The notes below the pieces were generated by a model, which saw only the letters and a program-made list of their open reading frames with translations, did no database searches and was not told where the DNA came from. A DNA stretch of 64,000 nucleotides from Cycloclasticus sp. symbiont of Poecilosclerida sp. N. GTDB lineage: Bacteria; Pseudomonadota; Gammaproteobacteria; Methylococcales; Cycloclasticaceae. Where the stretch lies: assembly GCA_002101205.1 (NCBI GenBank), contig LWTM01000076.1:122810-186809 (forward strand), given 5' to 3'. Below, piece after piece: positions 20,101 through 30,342 of this stretch. Each line of letters starts with the position of its first letter. Position 1 is the first letter of the stretch. A program made the translations under genes and the position numbers.

Positions 20101-22101
20101 ATGTCGCAGCCTCTACTGTCTGTTCAAGGACTAAAAACGCAGTTTAATCAACCATCAGAAACAATCAAAGCGGTTGATGGCATTAGCTTTGAAATTGCTA
20201 AAGGCGAAACGTTTGCCTTAGTTGGCGAGTCAGGTTGTGGGAAGTCTATATCCGCGCTGTCTGTATTACGTTTACTGCCTAATAACGCTGAAATTACCGA
20301 CGGAAAGGTGCTGTATCGAGGAGAGGATTTATTGCGTATGCCTGAAAAAGACATGCGTGAGATTCGAGGTGTGCGGATATCTATGATTTTCCAAGACCCC
20401 ATGACATCGTTAAACCCAGTGATGTGTATCGGTGACCAAATTGCTGAAACGCTCTTGCTACACAAGAAAGAGACCAGTAAGAAAGTTAAACAGCGTGTTA
20501 TTTCGTTGATTAAGCAAGTAGGTATTTCGGATGCGTCAGAGAGATACGCTGCTTTTCCTTATCAGCTATCTGGCGGTATGCTACAACGAGTAATGATCGC
20601 AATGGCGCTTGCAAACGAGCCGGATTTACTCATAGCAGACGAGCCAACAACCGCTTTAGATGTCACGATTCAGGCGCAAATTTTACACTTGCTCAAAGAC
20701 TTGCAGCGCGACACGGGTATGTCTTTGTGGATTATTACCCATGACCTCGGCATCGTTGCTGATATAGCAGATAAAGTAGCGGTTATGTACGCGGGCCAAC
20801 TCGTTGAAACGGCTATTCGAAAAGATTTTTTTAGCAGCCCAAAGCACCCTTATAGTCAGCGCTTGTTCGACGCCATTCCAAATATGGACAAACGCAAAGA
20901 GTCGTTAACAACTTTATCAGGTAGTGTGCCCTCCCTGACTGAAAAATTTAAAGGTTGCCGCTTTGCTCAGCGCTGTGATTACAAAGATCAAGGTTGTCTT
21001 GAGGCGGACGAGATAAAGTGGGAGCAGGTTGAGACTAATCACCAAGTAAGGTGTGTAAAAGCGGCTGAATTAAAACCGCGTAACGATAGAGGGGGAACGT
21101 TTTTTGTTTCGACTGGAAAAATCAAAGAAAGCAATTGCCTAAAGGTCAGCGATTTAAAGATTCATTTCCCAATTAAAAAAGGCTTGCTGAAGCGAACGGT
21201 AGGGCAAGTTAAAGCAGTTGACGGGGTTAGTTTTGAATTAAAGCCAGGCACAACGATGGCATTAGTCGGCGAGTCAGGCTGTGGTAAAACGACGTTAGGA
21301 AAGGGCCTGCTTCGTTTGTTACCAGTCACTTCAGGCGAGGTTGAATACCAAGGAGTCGAACTAACTCAACTTTCAGAAAAAGCGTTTAGGGCGTACCGGG
21401 AGGATATGCAAATTATATTCCAAGACCCTTTTTCATCCATGAATCCAAGAATGCTCGTGGGTGATATATTAGAAGAGGGGTTAAGGGCGTTGCAGCCAAG
21501 ATTAAGCGATAAACAAGCGCAGGAACAGTGTTCATATTTATTGAAAAAAGTAGGCTTGGGCGAGGATGTAAGGCTTCGCTATCCACATGAGTTCTCCGGT
21601 GGGCAGCGTCAACGTTTATGCATTGCAAGGGCGTTAGCGATTAAGCCGTCGCTTATTATTTGCGATGAGCCAACCAGCGCATTGGATGTGTCGGTGCAAG
21701 CGCAAGTATTGAACTTGCTTAAAAGTTTACAGCACGAGCAGGGCTTGAGTTATTTGTTCATCACGCACGACCTTTCAGTCGTGTCTTATTTGGCCGATAC
21801 GGTGGCAGTTATGTATCTGGGGCGCATAGTTGAGACAGGTACAGTAGACGAAGTGTTGAATACTCCGGCACACCCCTACACAAAAGCATTGATAAAAGCG
21901 GTGCCTACCTGGGATGAAAAACGCGAAAAGGACGTTATAAAACTACCCGATAACATGCCGTCACCTTCTAATCCGCCCAGCGGCTGTCATTTTCATACAC
22001 GTTGCGCAGAGGCTATGCCACTATGTAGTCAACAAGTGCCGGAGAATATAAGCTTAAATAAAGACCATCACGTGTCGTGCTTACTGTTTAAGAACGCGTA
22101 A
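20101..22101 (+). CDS. ABC transporter ATP-binding protein with duplicated ATPase domains (DppD/DppF fusion, YejF-like)
   Basis: Two Walker A motifs (GESGCGKS, GESGCGKT), two LSGG signatures (LSGGMLQR, FSGGQRQR) and oligopeptide C-terminal domains. The start is taken at MSQPLLSVQGL. Confidence 0.9.
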   Translation: MSQPLLSVQGLKTQFNQPSETIKAVDGISFEIAKGETFALVGESGCGKSISALSVLRLLPNNAEITDGKVLYRGEDLLRMPEKDMREIRGVRISMIFQDPMTSLNPVMCIGDQIAETLLLHKKETSKKVKQRVISLIKQVGISDASERYAAFPYQLSGGMLQRVMIAMALANEPDLLIADEPTTALDVTIQAQILHLLKDLQRDTGMSLWIITHDLGIVADIADKVAVMYAGQLVETAIRKDFFSSPKHPYSQRLFDAIPNMDKRKESLTTLSGSVPSLTEKFKGCRFAQRCDYKDQGCLEADEIKWEQVETNHQVRCVKAAELKPRNDRGGTFFVSTGKIKESNCLKVSDLKIHFPIKKGLLKRTVGQVKAVDGVSFELKPGTTMALVGESGCGKTTLGKGLLRLLPVTSGEVEYQGVELTQLSEKAFRAYREDMQIIFQDPFSSMNPRMLVGDILEEGLRALQPRLSDKQAQEQCSYLLKKVGLGEDVRLRYPHEFSGGQRQRLCIARALAIKPSLIICDEPTSALDVSVQAQVLNLLKSLQHEQGLSYLFITHDLSVVSYLADTVAVMYLGRIVETGTVDEVLNTPAHPYTKALIKAVPTWDEKREKDVIKLPDNMPSPSNPPSGCHFHTRCAEAMPLCSQQVPENISLNKDHHVSCLLFKNA

Positions 22102-23683
22102 TATCGACGATAACCTTGATTTTCTGACCGGGTTTTAAATATTTTTTATTCAAAGTATTCCAGCGTTTCAGGTCATTGACACCCACCTTGAATTTTTTAG
22201 AGATTAAATATAAAGAATCACCATTTTTAACGGTGTAATGAATGGTTTGATTTTTAAGCCGCGCCGCTAATCTAGTATTTGGTCTGGTATGGGAATGATC
22301 ATCCCAAATAACAAGTTTTTGCCCTGTTTTTAGTGTGTCGCCTGGTGCCATTGCATTCCATTTTGCAAGCTGCCGAATAGACACGCGGTACCGCTTTGCA
22401 ATCAGCCAAAAAGAATCGCCAGACTCAACACGATACTCAATTTTGTATCCTTTTCTAGGCGTGTTTACGATAGCCTTTTTGCGCATTAATGCACTGCCAG
22501 GGTATAAGGCATCGTTGAAATTAGCGGTTGGTATCAGTAAGTGTTTATCCGCTCTAATTGTATGGTTTCTAATAGAGTTGGCTTGTTGAATTTGCTTGAT
22601 GGTTGTGCGGTAACGTCTTGCTATTTGCCCGATTGTGTCGCCGTCCTTAACCTTATATCGAACCCATTTTAGGCGTTGTGTATCAGGGAGTGACGCGAGA
22701 TTGAGTTTAAATTGGGCCGCATTCTCAACAGGAATTAGCAAATAATGTGGTCCCGTTGGGCTGGTTGCCCATTGGTTGAAGGAGGGATTTAAAACATACA
22801 ACTCTTCAATGCTAATACCAGCGAGCTCAGCGGCTCGCGCAAGATCGATCTGCTTAACAATATCAACGCGCTCAAAGAAGGGCTTGTTCTCTAGAGGTAT
22901 CAGTTGGATACCGTATTTTTCGGCATTAGCGAGAACCGTAGCAATGGCGATTAACTTGGGTACGTAATGCTTAGTTTCTCTGCGTAGTGATAAGGACCAA
23001 AAGTCTGTATTTTTGCCTGCTTTTTTATTACGACGAATAGCTGAAGAAACTGTGCCACCACCGGCGTTATAACCGGCTAAAGCGAGGAACCAATCGTCGT
23101 CGAAACGTTTGGCAAGTTTTGATAAATAGCGAAGAGCCACGTTTGATGACATATAAACGTCCCGTCGACCGTCATACCACCAAGTCTGCTCAAGACCAAA
23201 AGCATGTCCCGTTGACGGGATAAACTGCCATAAACCTGCCGCTCTGCCGTGCGAATAGGCGAAGGGCCGATAAGCGCTTTCAACAATAGGCAACAGAGCT
23301 AATTCACCTGGCATGCCGCGTTTTTCTATCTCATTGACAATATGAAACAGGTAAGGCACGGCATTTTTTTGCACGCGGTTTAGATATCCAGGATGTTTTT
23401 TGTACCAATTAATTTCTGCTTGAATGCGTTTGTTGTCGACGGCAGGGAACTGGTACAAAGAAAACAAACGCTGCCATAAGCTCTGGGGCGTAACGGCGAC
23501 TGGACTGGCGGCTTGTTTTTCAATAACCTTAGGTTCTGGCAGTGTTATAACTTCAGCTTCAGTAGGTAAGTTGAACCTAGGTAATTCAAACGGTCTAACT
23601 TCTAATGGCGTACACGAAGCTAGTATTAGAGACGTAACAAAAAAAAGAAACTTAGCAGTTTTATTTGTGATTAAATGTTGCAT
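22088..23683 (-). CDS. mltD: Membrane-bound lytic murein transglycosylase D (SLT domain plus three LysM repeats)
   Basis: Lipobox LILASC, an SLT motif ESAYRPFAYSHGRAAGLWQF and three LysM repeats (YKVKDGDT, YRVESGDS, YTVKNGDS). Confidence 0.85.
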   Translation of the reverse strand: MQHLITNKTAKFLFFVTSLILASCTPLEVRPFELPRFNLPTEAEVITLPEPKVIEKQAASPVAVTPQSLWQRLFSLYQFPAVDNKRIQAEINWYKKHPGYLNRVQKNAVPYLFHIVNEIEKRGMPGELALLPIVESAYRPFAYSHGRAAGLWQFIPSTGHAFGLEQTWWYDGRRDVYMSSNVALRYLSKLAKRFDDDWFLALAGYNAGGGTVSSAIRRNKKAGKNTDFWSLSLRRETKHYVPKLIAIATVLANAEKYGIQLIPLENKPFFERVDIVKQIDLARAAELAGISIEELYVLNPSFNQWATSPTGPHYLLIPVENAAQFKLNLASLPDTQRLKWVRYKVKDGDTIGQIARRYRTTIKQIQQANSIRNHTIRADKHLLIPTANFNDALYPGSALMRKKAIVNTPRKGYKIEYRVESGDSFWLIAKRYRVSIRQLAKWNAMAPGDTLKTGQKLVIWDDHSHTRPNTRLAARLKNQTIHYTVKNGDSLYLISKKFKVGVNDLKRWNTLNKKYLKPGQKIKVIVDITRS

Positions 23684-23746
23684 TAAGCAGTGTGGGTGTC
23701 GGAGTTATTTTAATTAGCCAATTATAGATTGTTTAGACCGTGTCGC

Positions 23747-24529
23747 ATGAAAAAAACACAAATAGAAGAGACCATTAAGCTTCGCCGATGGTTTGAAACG
23801 CCGATAGGTGAGGCCTATAAACATGCGGAAGCGGCTTTATTAAGTGAAAAGCTTGGTGAGAATTTTCGGTCTGAAGTGTTACAACTTGATTTTATTGGTT
23901 GGGAAGACGAGTTCCATGAAGCGATGCGCTTTGCGCATTACACAATCTTAGATCAAGCGGCGAATGATTGCACAAAGTATACGCGGGTGGTCGGTGGGGC
24001 TGAAAGTTTACCCATAGACACGCATAGCGTTGATATTGTGATTATGCCGCATACCTTGGAGTTCGAAGAAGACCCGCACCAAGTGTTACGTGAAGTGACG
24101 CGTGTTTTAAAACCGGAGGGTATTGTTTTGTTGACGGGGTTTAACCCTTGGGCGTTTTGGCACTTACCTCGTTTTCTGCCGCAGGCCAAAGAAAAAACAC
24201 CTTGGAATGGGCGTTTCATTGCGCGTTACCGAGTGATAGATTGGCTAAACCTGTTAGATTTTGAGATTGAAGTGAGTAGGGGCTGTTGTTTATTCCCATT
24301 AGTTAAGAAACGAGAAGAGGATCATTCTAAGCAAACATTACTCGAAAAAATTGCGGCGCGGATTCCGTGTGTTCCGGCAGCGTATTTTGTTATGGGAGTT
24401 AAACGTGTATCGGGTGGTACGTCTGTTTTCCATTTAGAGAACCTAAAAAAACGATTTATATCATCACCTTCAGTAGAACCAGTAACCAAGACAATACATG
24501 TTGAAAAAAAGCGTGCAAATATACACTGA
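23747..24529 (+). CDS. Class I SAM-dependent methyltransferase (YafS-like)
   Basis: Methyltransf_11-like region VDIVIMPHTLEFEEDPHQVLREVTRVLKPEG. Position beside mltD and rnhA is as in enterobacteria. Confidence 0.7.
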   Translation: MKKTQIEETIKLRRWFETPIGEAYKHAEAALLSEKLGENFRSEVLQLDFIGWEDEFHEAMRFAHYTILDQAANDCTKYTRVVGGAESLPIDTHSVDIVIMPHTLEFEEDPHQVLREVTRVLKPEGIVLLTGFNPWAFWHLPRFLPQAKEKTPWNGRFIARYRVIDWLNLLDFEIEVSRGCCLFPLVKKREEDHSKQTLLEKIAARIPCVPAAYFVMGVKRVSGGTSVFHLENLKKRFISSPSVEPVTKTIHVEKKRANIH

Positions 24530-24935
24530 CGGCGCATGTCGTGGAAATCCTGGCGTGGGCGGTTGGGGCGCGAGCCTAAGCTGCGATGGAACGCTTAAAG
24601 AAATTTATGGTGGCGAGCAAGAAACAACCAATAACCGTATGGAACTAACTGCAGTTATTGAGGCACTTAAAGCCTTAAAAAAGCCTGCCGAAATGACCAT
24701 CAATAGTGACTCAAAATATGTCCTAAACGGCATTAATGAATGGTTGCCGAACTGGAAAAAACGCCACTGGAAAACATCGGCTAAAAAGCAGGTTAAAAAC
24801 GTCGATTTGTGGAAGCAGTTAGATTCATTAATTCAGCCGCATAAAATCAAATGGGTTTGGGTTAAAGGGCACAGCGGTAACGCGGGCAATGAACGGGCTG
24901 ACGAATTAGCGAACATGGGTATTGATTCATTATGA
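24498..24935 (+). CDS. rnhA: Ribonuclease HI
   Basis: IYTDGACRGNPG, TNNRMEL and HSGNAGNERADELA motifs; 145 aa. Confidence 0.92.
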   Translation: MLKKSVQIYTDGACRGNPGVGGWGASLSCDGTLKEIYGGEQETTNNRMELTAVIEALKALKKPAEMTINSDSKYVLNGINEWLPNWKKRHWKTSAKKQVKNVDLWKQLDSLIQPHKIKWVWVKGHSGNAGNERADELANMGIDSL

Positions 24936-25651
24936 GACAGATCATCTTAGATACAGAAACAACAGGGCTTGAACCGAAGCAAGGACATAGGGTTATTGAG
25001 GTGGGTTGTGTTGAGTTGATTAACCGGAGTTTGACTGGTAATAACATTCATCATTATTTGAATCCGCAACGGAATATTGATGAGGGCGCGGTCGCCGTTC
25101 ATGGGTTAACCAGTGAATTTCTATCGGATAAGCCTCTTTATGAAGACATAGCAGAAGAGCTTTTTGAGTATTTAAAGGGTGCAGAAGTGATCATTCACAA
25201 TGCGGCTTTTGATGTTGGTTTTATCAACCACGAATACCGCTTAATGGGGTCTGAGCATGTAGATATGGCATCTTATTGCGAAATAACAGACTCGTTGCAT
25301 ATGGCTAGAAAGATGTTTCCAGGCCAAAGGAATAGCTTGGATGCGCTTTGTAAGCGATACGAAATAGACACTAGCCAACGTAAACGGCACGGCGCGTTAC
25401 TAGATGCCGAGATTCTAGCCGATGTGTATCTAATGCTGACAGGCGGTCAAAATTCACTATTCGAAGACGAGAGCACCATGGAAATTGAATTTACACCTAA
25501 AGTGCTAGATACGAATAGGCCAAAATTAAAGGTTATAAAACCGAGCTCTGAAGAGACCGCAGCTCACCTTGAACGCTTAGCTGAAATCACTAAATCATCT
25601 GGTGCTGAACTTGCTTGGGATGCACTTAACAACTCAACGGATAAATCATAA
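24932..25651 (+). CDS. dnaQ: DNA polymerase III epsilon subunit (3'-5' exonuclease)
   Basis: Exo motifs ILDTETTG, HNAAFD and HGALLDAEILADVY; 239 aa. Confidence 0.92.
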   Translation: MRQIILDTETTGLEPKQGHRVIEVGCVELINRSLTGNNIHHYLNPQRNIDEGAVAVHGLTSEFLSDKPLYEDIAEELFEYLKGAEVIIHNAAFDVGFINHEYRLMGSEHVDMASYCEITDSLHMARKMFPGQRNSLDALCKRYEIDTSQRKRHGALLDAEILADVYLMLTGGQNSLFEDESTMEIEFTPKVLDTNRPKLKVIKPSSEETAAHLERLAEITKSSGAELAWDALNNSTDKS

Positions 25652-25660
25652 AGAAAAGAA

Positions 25661-26278
25661 ATGAACATTCAAAAGAAAGAGCTTTTATTATCAGCGGTCT
25701 TGTTTTTTGCAATTATTCTGCCATTGACGAGTGTTTCTGCAGAAATTGAAACAACAGTAACAAATGACGATTTGATTAAGAAAAAACAGTCAAAATCCAA
25801 TAAATATCTAACCGCTAAACAAACCTATGAAATTGTTAAAGCAGATGCAGGTGTCGCGCTGTTTATTGATGTAAGGACGCTAGCTGAAATTGAGTTTGTT
25901 GGTTGGACACCTCTGGTCGATGTGGTTATCCCTTATATGACGAATGATTTTGAGGAATGGGATGAGAAAAAAAATCGCTATCTAAAAGTGATTAATGGTG
26001 ATTTCACGGTTGCGTTTGAAGACTTTATTAAAGCGAAAGGCGCGAATAAAAATACGCCGATTATCTTTATGTGTCGCTCTGGCGCGCGTAGTTCAAAAGC
26101 GGCTAGTTTGGCGACAAAATTAGGTTATACTAAAGCATATACAATGGTTGACGGCTTTGAGGGTGACAAAGCAAAAGAAGGCGCAACTAATGACCATAGA
26201 ACACTCAATGGCTGGAAGAACAATAACCTTCCTTGGGATTATAAAATGGACATCAAAAAAGTTTTATTCAACTTATAA
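25661..26278 (+). CDS. Secreted rhodanese-domain sulfurtransferase-like protein
   Basis: Signal peptide and a rhodanese active-site loop CRSGARS. Confidence 0.75.
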   Translation: MNIQKKELLLSAVLFFAIILPLTSVSAEIETTVTNDDLIKKKQSKSNKYLTAKQTYEIVKADAGVALFIDVRTLAEIEFVGWTPLVDVVIPYMTNDFEEWDEKKNRYLKVINGDFTVAFEDFIKAKGANKNTPIIFMCRSGARSSKAASLATKLGYTKAYTMVDGFEGDKAKEGATNDHRTLNGWKNNNLPWDYKMDIKKVLFNL

Positions 26279-26289
26279 AAAAAGTAAGC

Positions 26290-27105
26290 ATGAGCACACA
26301 TTGGGATAAGCATTTAGCGTGGGATGAGGCTGAAAAAAGCTGGGACGATCGCTCTGGTGAACTTCAGGAAAGTCACCCCATCAAGCAATTGGTTAAGGTG
26401 CCTAAGCTGCCAGGGATTCGGCCTAAAACAAAAAAGAACCTGCGTTGGAAAGCACTGAATTATCTTGCTAAATATGATGAAGAAAAATTTTTCATTAAAT
26501 ACTTTTTTTCTAGCCCTATTAAGCACGGGTTTAATTTGCTTCGCTCGTATCTGTCGCCACTTCCGTTCACGCGCGATGACGACTTCTTTTTCTACGGTTT
26601 AAAAGATGAAGCGGAGTTCAAAGGCGTATTAGCAAAACAAGATAGTCTGCTCGTTATCGGTTTTTCTTATTGCCATAAACCGTTTGAGTGTCCATCTCAG
26701 CGCTTTACACAAGACTGCATTCATGATTTAACAAACCCAGTATGCGGGCAATGCTTTATTGGCAAATGCGTTCATAGTTTGCCGCACAAGCGTGTACTAC
26801 CGGTTTTTATAACAACTGTTCACCAAATTGGTGAAACCATCGTAAAGCAGGTTCAAAAGCACCCGAAATTAGAAATAACTTACATCATTACAGCCTGTGA
26901 AATGACGCTACAAATGTTTGGTGATTGGGCGAATATGATGCAGGTTCGAGGCTTAGGTATCCGTCTAGATGGGCAAATATGCAACACCATGAAAGCCTTC
27001 GTTGCCTCAGAGCACGGCATTAAGCCGGGTATGGCCGTGGTGCTAGATAAAACAAAGAAACGTCTTCTTAGCCTTATAAAGTTTCGCCGAGAGCAGGTCA
27101 TTTAA
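26290..27105 (+). CDS. Cysteine-rich hypothetical protein (possibly DUF116-like)
   Basis: 271 aa with a Cys cluster CHKPFECPSQRFTQDCIHDLTNPVCGQCFIGKC. The family assignment is from memory only. The coding call rests on ORF length and tight spacing to its neighbours. Confidence 0.4.
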   Translation: MSTHWDKHLAWDEAEKSWDDRSGELQESHPIKQLVKVPKLPGIRPKTKKNLRWKALNYLAKYDEEKFFIKYFFSSPIKHGFNLLRSYLSPLPFTRDDDFFFYGLKDEAEFKGVLAKQDSLLVIGFSYCHKPFECPSQRFTQDCIHDLTNPVCGQCFIGKCVHSLPHKRVLPVFITTVHQIGETIVKQVQKHPKLEITYIITACEMTLQMFGDWANMMQVRGLGIRLDGQICNTMKAFVASEHGIKPGMAVVLDKTKKRLLSLIKFRREQVI

Positions 27106-27165
27106 TAAAACGGTAGGTTAAAGTTTTGTTAAAATATGGACTTTCTTATAACGCCGTAATTCCCT

Positions 27166-28584
27166 ATGACAATTCGCACTCGATTCGCCCCTAGCCCAAC
27201 TGGTTATTTACACGTTGGCGGTGCAAGGACAGCTTTGTTCTCATGGCTGTATGCGCAAAAAACCAAAGGTCAATTTGTCTTACGCATAGAAGATACTGAC
27301 GCAGAACGTTCAACAGAGGAATCTGTGCAAGCGATTTTTGATGGAATGCAGTGGCTTGGCTTAGCGCACGATGAAGGACCTTTTTTTCAAACAGATCGCT
27401 TCCCGCGTTATTTAGACGTTATCCAACAATTGCTTGACCAAGGCGATGCGTATTACTGCTATTGTTCAACTGAGGAAGTGGAAGCCGTACGTGAGCAACA
27501 ACGTGCAGACAAACAAAAGCCACGTTATAACGGCAAATGTCGCCATCGTACGGATGTGGATGAAACTGTAAAACCTGCCGTGCGTTTTAAGAACCCGGAG
27601 CAGGGCGAAGTCGTGTTTAATGACCTTGTTCGCGGCGAAATATCAATCAGTAACGAGGAATTGGATGATTTGATTATTGCGCGTTCAGATGGCACGCCAA
27701 CCTATAACCTAACGGTGGTTGTGGACGATTTAGACATGAAGATGACGCACATTATTCGTGGCGATGATCACATTAATAATACCCCGCGCCAAATTAACAT
27801 TATGAAAGCACTGGGCGCACAGGTGCCGCATTTTGCTCATGTCCCTATGATATTGGGCGAGGATGGCGCAAGACTCTCAAAACGTCACGGCGCAGTTAGT
27901 GTGATGCAATACTTAGATGACGGCTACTTGCCTGAAGCCCTGCTTAATTATCTCGTTAGGCTTGGTTGGTCGCACGGCGATCAGGAAATATTCAGCGTAG
28001 GGCAAATGATTGATCTTTTTGATATTAAAGACATTAACCGCGCAGCATCAGCGTTTAATACAGAAAAGCTGTTATGGATTAATCAGCAATACATCATGGC
28101 GAGTGAGCCTGAAAAACTAGTGAAGCTACTTGCGAATCAATTGACTGAATTGGGTTGTGATGTCGAAAACGGGCCCGATATTCTTGAGATTGTAAAAACT
28201 CAACAAGAGCGCGCAAAAACACTAAAAGAAATGGCTGAAAAAAGTCTGCTCTTTTATACAGATTATGAAGAGTTTGAAGAAAAGGCCGCGAAAAAGAATC
28301 TGAAATTCGCCGCACTTGAACCGCTAGAAATGATGCTCAGTAAATTCGAACAACTACCAGACTGGTCTAAAGAACCCTTACATCAAGTGATACTCGATAC
28401 AGCAGAGGCACTCGATTTAAAACTGGGAAAAGTGGCGCAACCATTGCGTGTTGCGCTAACAGGCACGGCTGTTTCGCCCGCCTTAGATGCAACATTATTT
28501 CTGTTAGGCAAAGATTTATGCCTAAAAAATATACTGAGAGCGACCGAATATATAAAAGAGAGGATTGTTGCCCAACAAAGCTAG
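27166..28584 (+). CDS. gltX: Glutamate--tRNA ligase
   Basis: HIGH-type motif [10 protein letters not shown] and KMSKS-type motif RLSKRHG; 472 aa. Confidence 0.95.
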   Translation: MTIRTRFAPSPTGYLHVGGARTALFSWLYAQKTKGQFVLRIEDTDAERSTEESVQAIFDGMQWLGLAHDEGPFFQTDRFPRYLDVIQQLLDQGDAYYCYCSTEEVEAVREQQRADKQKPRYNGKCRHRTDVDETVKPAVRFKNPEQGEVVFNDLVRGEISISNEELDDLIIARSDGTPTYNLTVVVDDLDMKMTHIIRGDDHINNTPRQINIMKALGAQVPHFAHVPMILGEDGARLSKRHGAVSVMQYLDDGYLPEALLNYLVRLGWSHGDQEIFSVGQMIDLFDIKDINRAASAFNTEKLLWINQQYIMASEPEKLVKLLANQLTELGCDVENGPDILEIVKTQQERAKTLKEMAEKSLLFYTDYEEFEEKAAKKNLKFAALEPLEMMLSKFEQLPDWSKEPLHQVILDTAEALDLKLGKVAQPLRVALTGTAVSPALDATLFLLGKDLCLKNILRATEYIKERIVAQQS

Positions 28585-28625
28585 ACACTTAGGGTATCAT
28601 TCAGTACAATTCGCGTCCTGCTAGA

Positions 28626-28701
28626 GGGGCCATAGCTCAGCTGGGAGAGCGCAACACTGGCAGTGTTGAGGTCAGCGGTTCGATCCCGCTTGGCTCCACC
28701 A
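28626..28701 (+). tRNA. tRNA-Ala (anticodon GGC)
   Basis: Acceptor stem GGGGCCA/TGGCTCC with the G3:U70 identity pair, anticodon loop CTGGCAG and an encoded CCA. Confidence 0.9.
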
Positions 28702-28756
28702 AATTTTGGTAAAAAAGTGATTTAGACGATTTAATCTTATAGTAAACAAAGACTTA

Positions 28757-28832
28757 GTCCCCATCGTCTAGAGGCCTAGGACACCGCCCTTTCACGGCGG
28801 TAACAGGGGTTCGAACCCCCTTGGGGACGCCA
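28757..28832 (+). tRNA. tRNA-Glu (anticodon TTC)
   Basis: Acceptor stem GTCCCCA/TGGGGAC, anticodon loop CTTTCAC and an encoded CCA. Confidence 0.9.
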
Positions 28833-28840
28833 TATAAAAA

Positions 28841-28871
28841 AACCGCTTACATTACTGTAAGCGGTTTTTTT
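28841..28871 (+). terminator. Rho-independent terminator after tRNA-Glu
   Basis: AACCGCTTACA/TGTAAGCGGTT hairpin followed by T7. Confidence 0.65.
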
Positions 28872-29047
28872 ATATCTATACGGATTAATATACGGATTAT
28901 TGTATGGGTTTCCAGTCAATTTTTTGCGCTCGAATTCCCTACCTCTAGGCTTAGCGGGGTTAATGGTACGTGTTCAGATGGTTGGTTTAAGTTACCGTCT
29001 CATTTTTTCAAAATGGGGAGGCTTTACTCCTGATACTTATAGAAATA

Positions 29048-29817
29048 TTAGTGAACCTGCTGTTTACTTGGTGTTAATAAACGATATGAAGGCCATTTGT
29101 AGACTGCTCTTTTCGCTACCCTTGGCGATGAGTAATATTTCCCAAACCATTTCCAGTCCGCTTCTTCAATGATTGGCATATGTGATGGGTGAATACTATT
29201 CTCACTAAAAAAATTAGCGATGCTTTTATTAATGATAGCCGGGTAGTGTTCAGCTTTTGGTTTTTCAACAGTCACAATATCTAATCGGCTCAATACAGAG
29301 TTTGCTGTACAAATCTAGCTGATGTGTGAAAAATCACAGTTGCCGCATAGATGTTCATCAAAAGAGCGCTTTGATGAAGTTGGTTCAAAAAGGTTAAGTA
29401 AACTATCAATGGCTCGACCATTGTGAGCACTGCCACCGCTTTTTTCTACTTCATCTATCATAATGGTCGGGTTAGCAATTTTATGTTCATTGATTAATGC
29501 GATAGGCATTGAAGGGGTCCCATCGCCCACCCTCTCGAAGTTCCAGCTAAATCCCGATTGTCGCTTTTACCTGCAAATGTAAGAGTTTGAAAAGGCACTT
29601 TCCTCAGTTGACTAAATCTTAGTGTATAAGACGTTTTGCCGATTCTAGGATCTCCAAGTATTAATATAGGTGCAATATAAAAGTCTCGATTTCCAAGCAA
29701 ACGGATTTGTAAGGATGAAATAAGTTTTTTCGTCAATACATGAAACCAAGGGAACTCACTGTCTGATGTCTCTTGCGCATGATTTAAATCACCAATCAAA
29801 ACTAATTCAGTAGGCAC
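29048..29817 (-). pseudogene. Lon-like AAA+ ATPase gene, frameshifted, with no protease domain
   Basis: It is split over three ORFs (29494-29817, 29315-29530, 29048-29293). GDPRIGKTS (Walker A), NPTIMIDEVEKS (Walker B) and SLLNLFEPTSSKRSFDEHL align by eye with the lon gene in this window (GPTGVGKTS, NPLFLLDEIDKM, ALLEVLDPEQNSTFNDHYL). Confidence 0.6.
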
Positions 29818-29866
29818 TTTAGTCAGCTATTCATACCGTTACCCTTTACTGAGGCTATTTCGAAGC

Positions 29867-30299
29867 TTGCTGCTTGGCGTATGGTATCAACTATCCGATG
29901 TGCAGTTAGCCCAGTGTTTATACAGGGACTTATTGTTCCGTAAATTCTGCCGTTTGGAGCTTAGTGGTGACGTTCCAGAAACATCGACTATAGGACGGTT
30001 TAGAACGCAGTTGGTTGAACCCGGTCTATGGGATCGATTGCTAAGTGATGAGCGACCCTTTGCCACGTATAAGAGACATTATGGGCTTGGCAGAACACGA
30101 TTTATGGAACTGGGCAAAAATGCAACCGTTTATGGTTTAGCTGCCATGGCTGCGAACATTCGGAAAGGAGCTAAGTTTTTAACGCTCTACGGTATGCCAG
30201 AGCCAAGTTATGCGGGGTAAGTACAAGCGTAGCGGGTGCTGCGACCAGCGGGAGTGCTGTAAGCATAAGCATAAGGGTAAGTACACGTACTGAGGTCTC
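29867..30299 (+). mobile_element. Defective IS5-family element, copy 1 (internally deleted transposase plus right terminal sequence)
   Basis: The ORF joins an N-terminal DUF4096-like part (LSDVQLAQCLYRDLLFRKF...VPETSTIGRFR) directly to the C-terminal part (ERPFATYKRHYGLGRTRFMELGKNATVYGLAAMAANIRKGAKFL). The terminal sequence GTACACGTACTGAGGTCTC at 30281-30299 is shared with copy 2. Confidence 0.7.
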
Positions 30300-30342
30300 C
30301 ATTTAATATTAACTCTTTGTAGCGCATCTCAATCATCATTTA

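Noticed and set aside
28821-29172. Plus-strand ORFs 28821-29033 and 28900-29172 downstream of tRNA-Glu.
   Set aside because: They overlap the tRNA and terminator or the opposite-strand AAA+ pseudogene, and they have no recognisable similarity.
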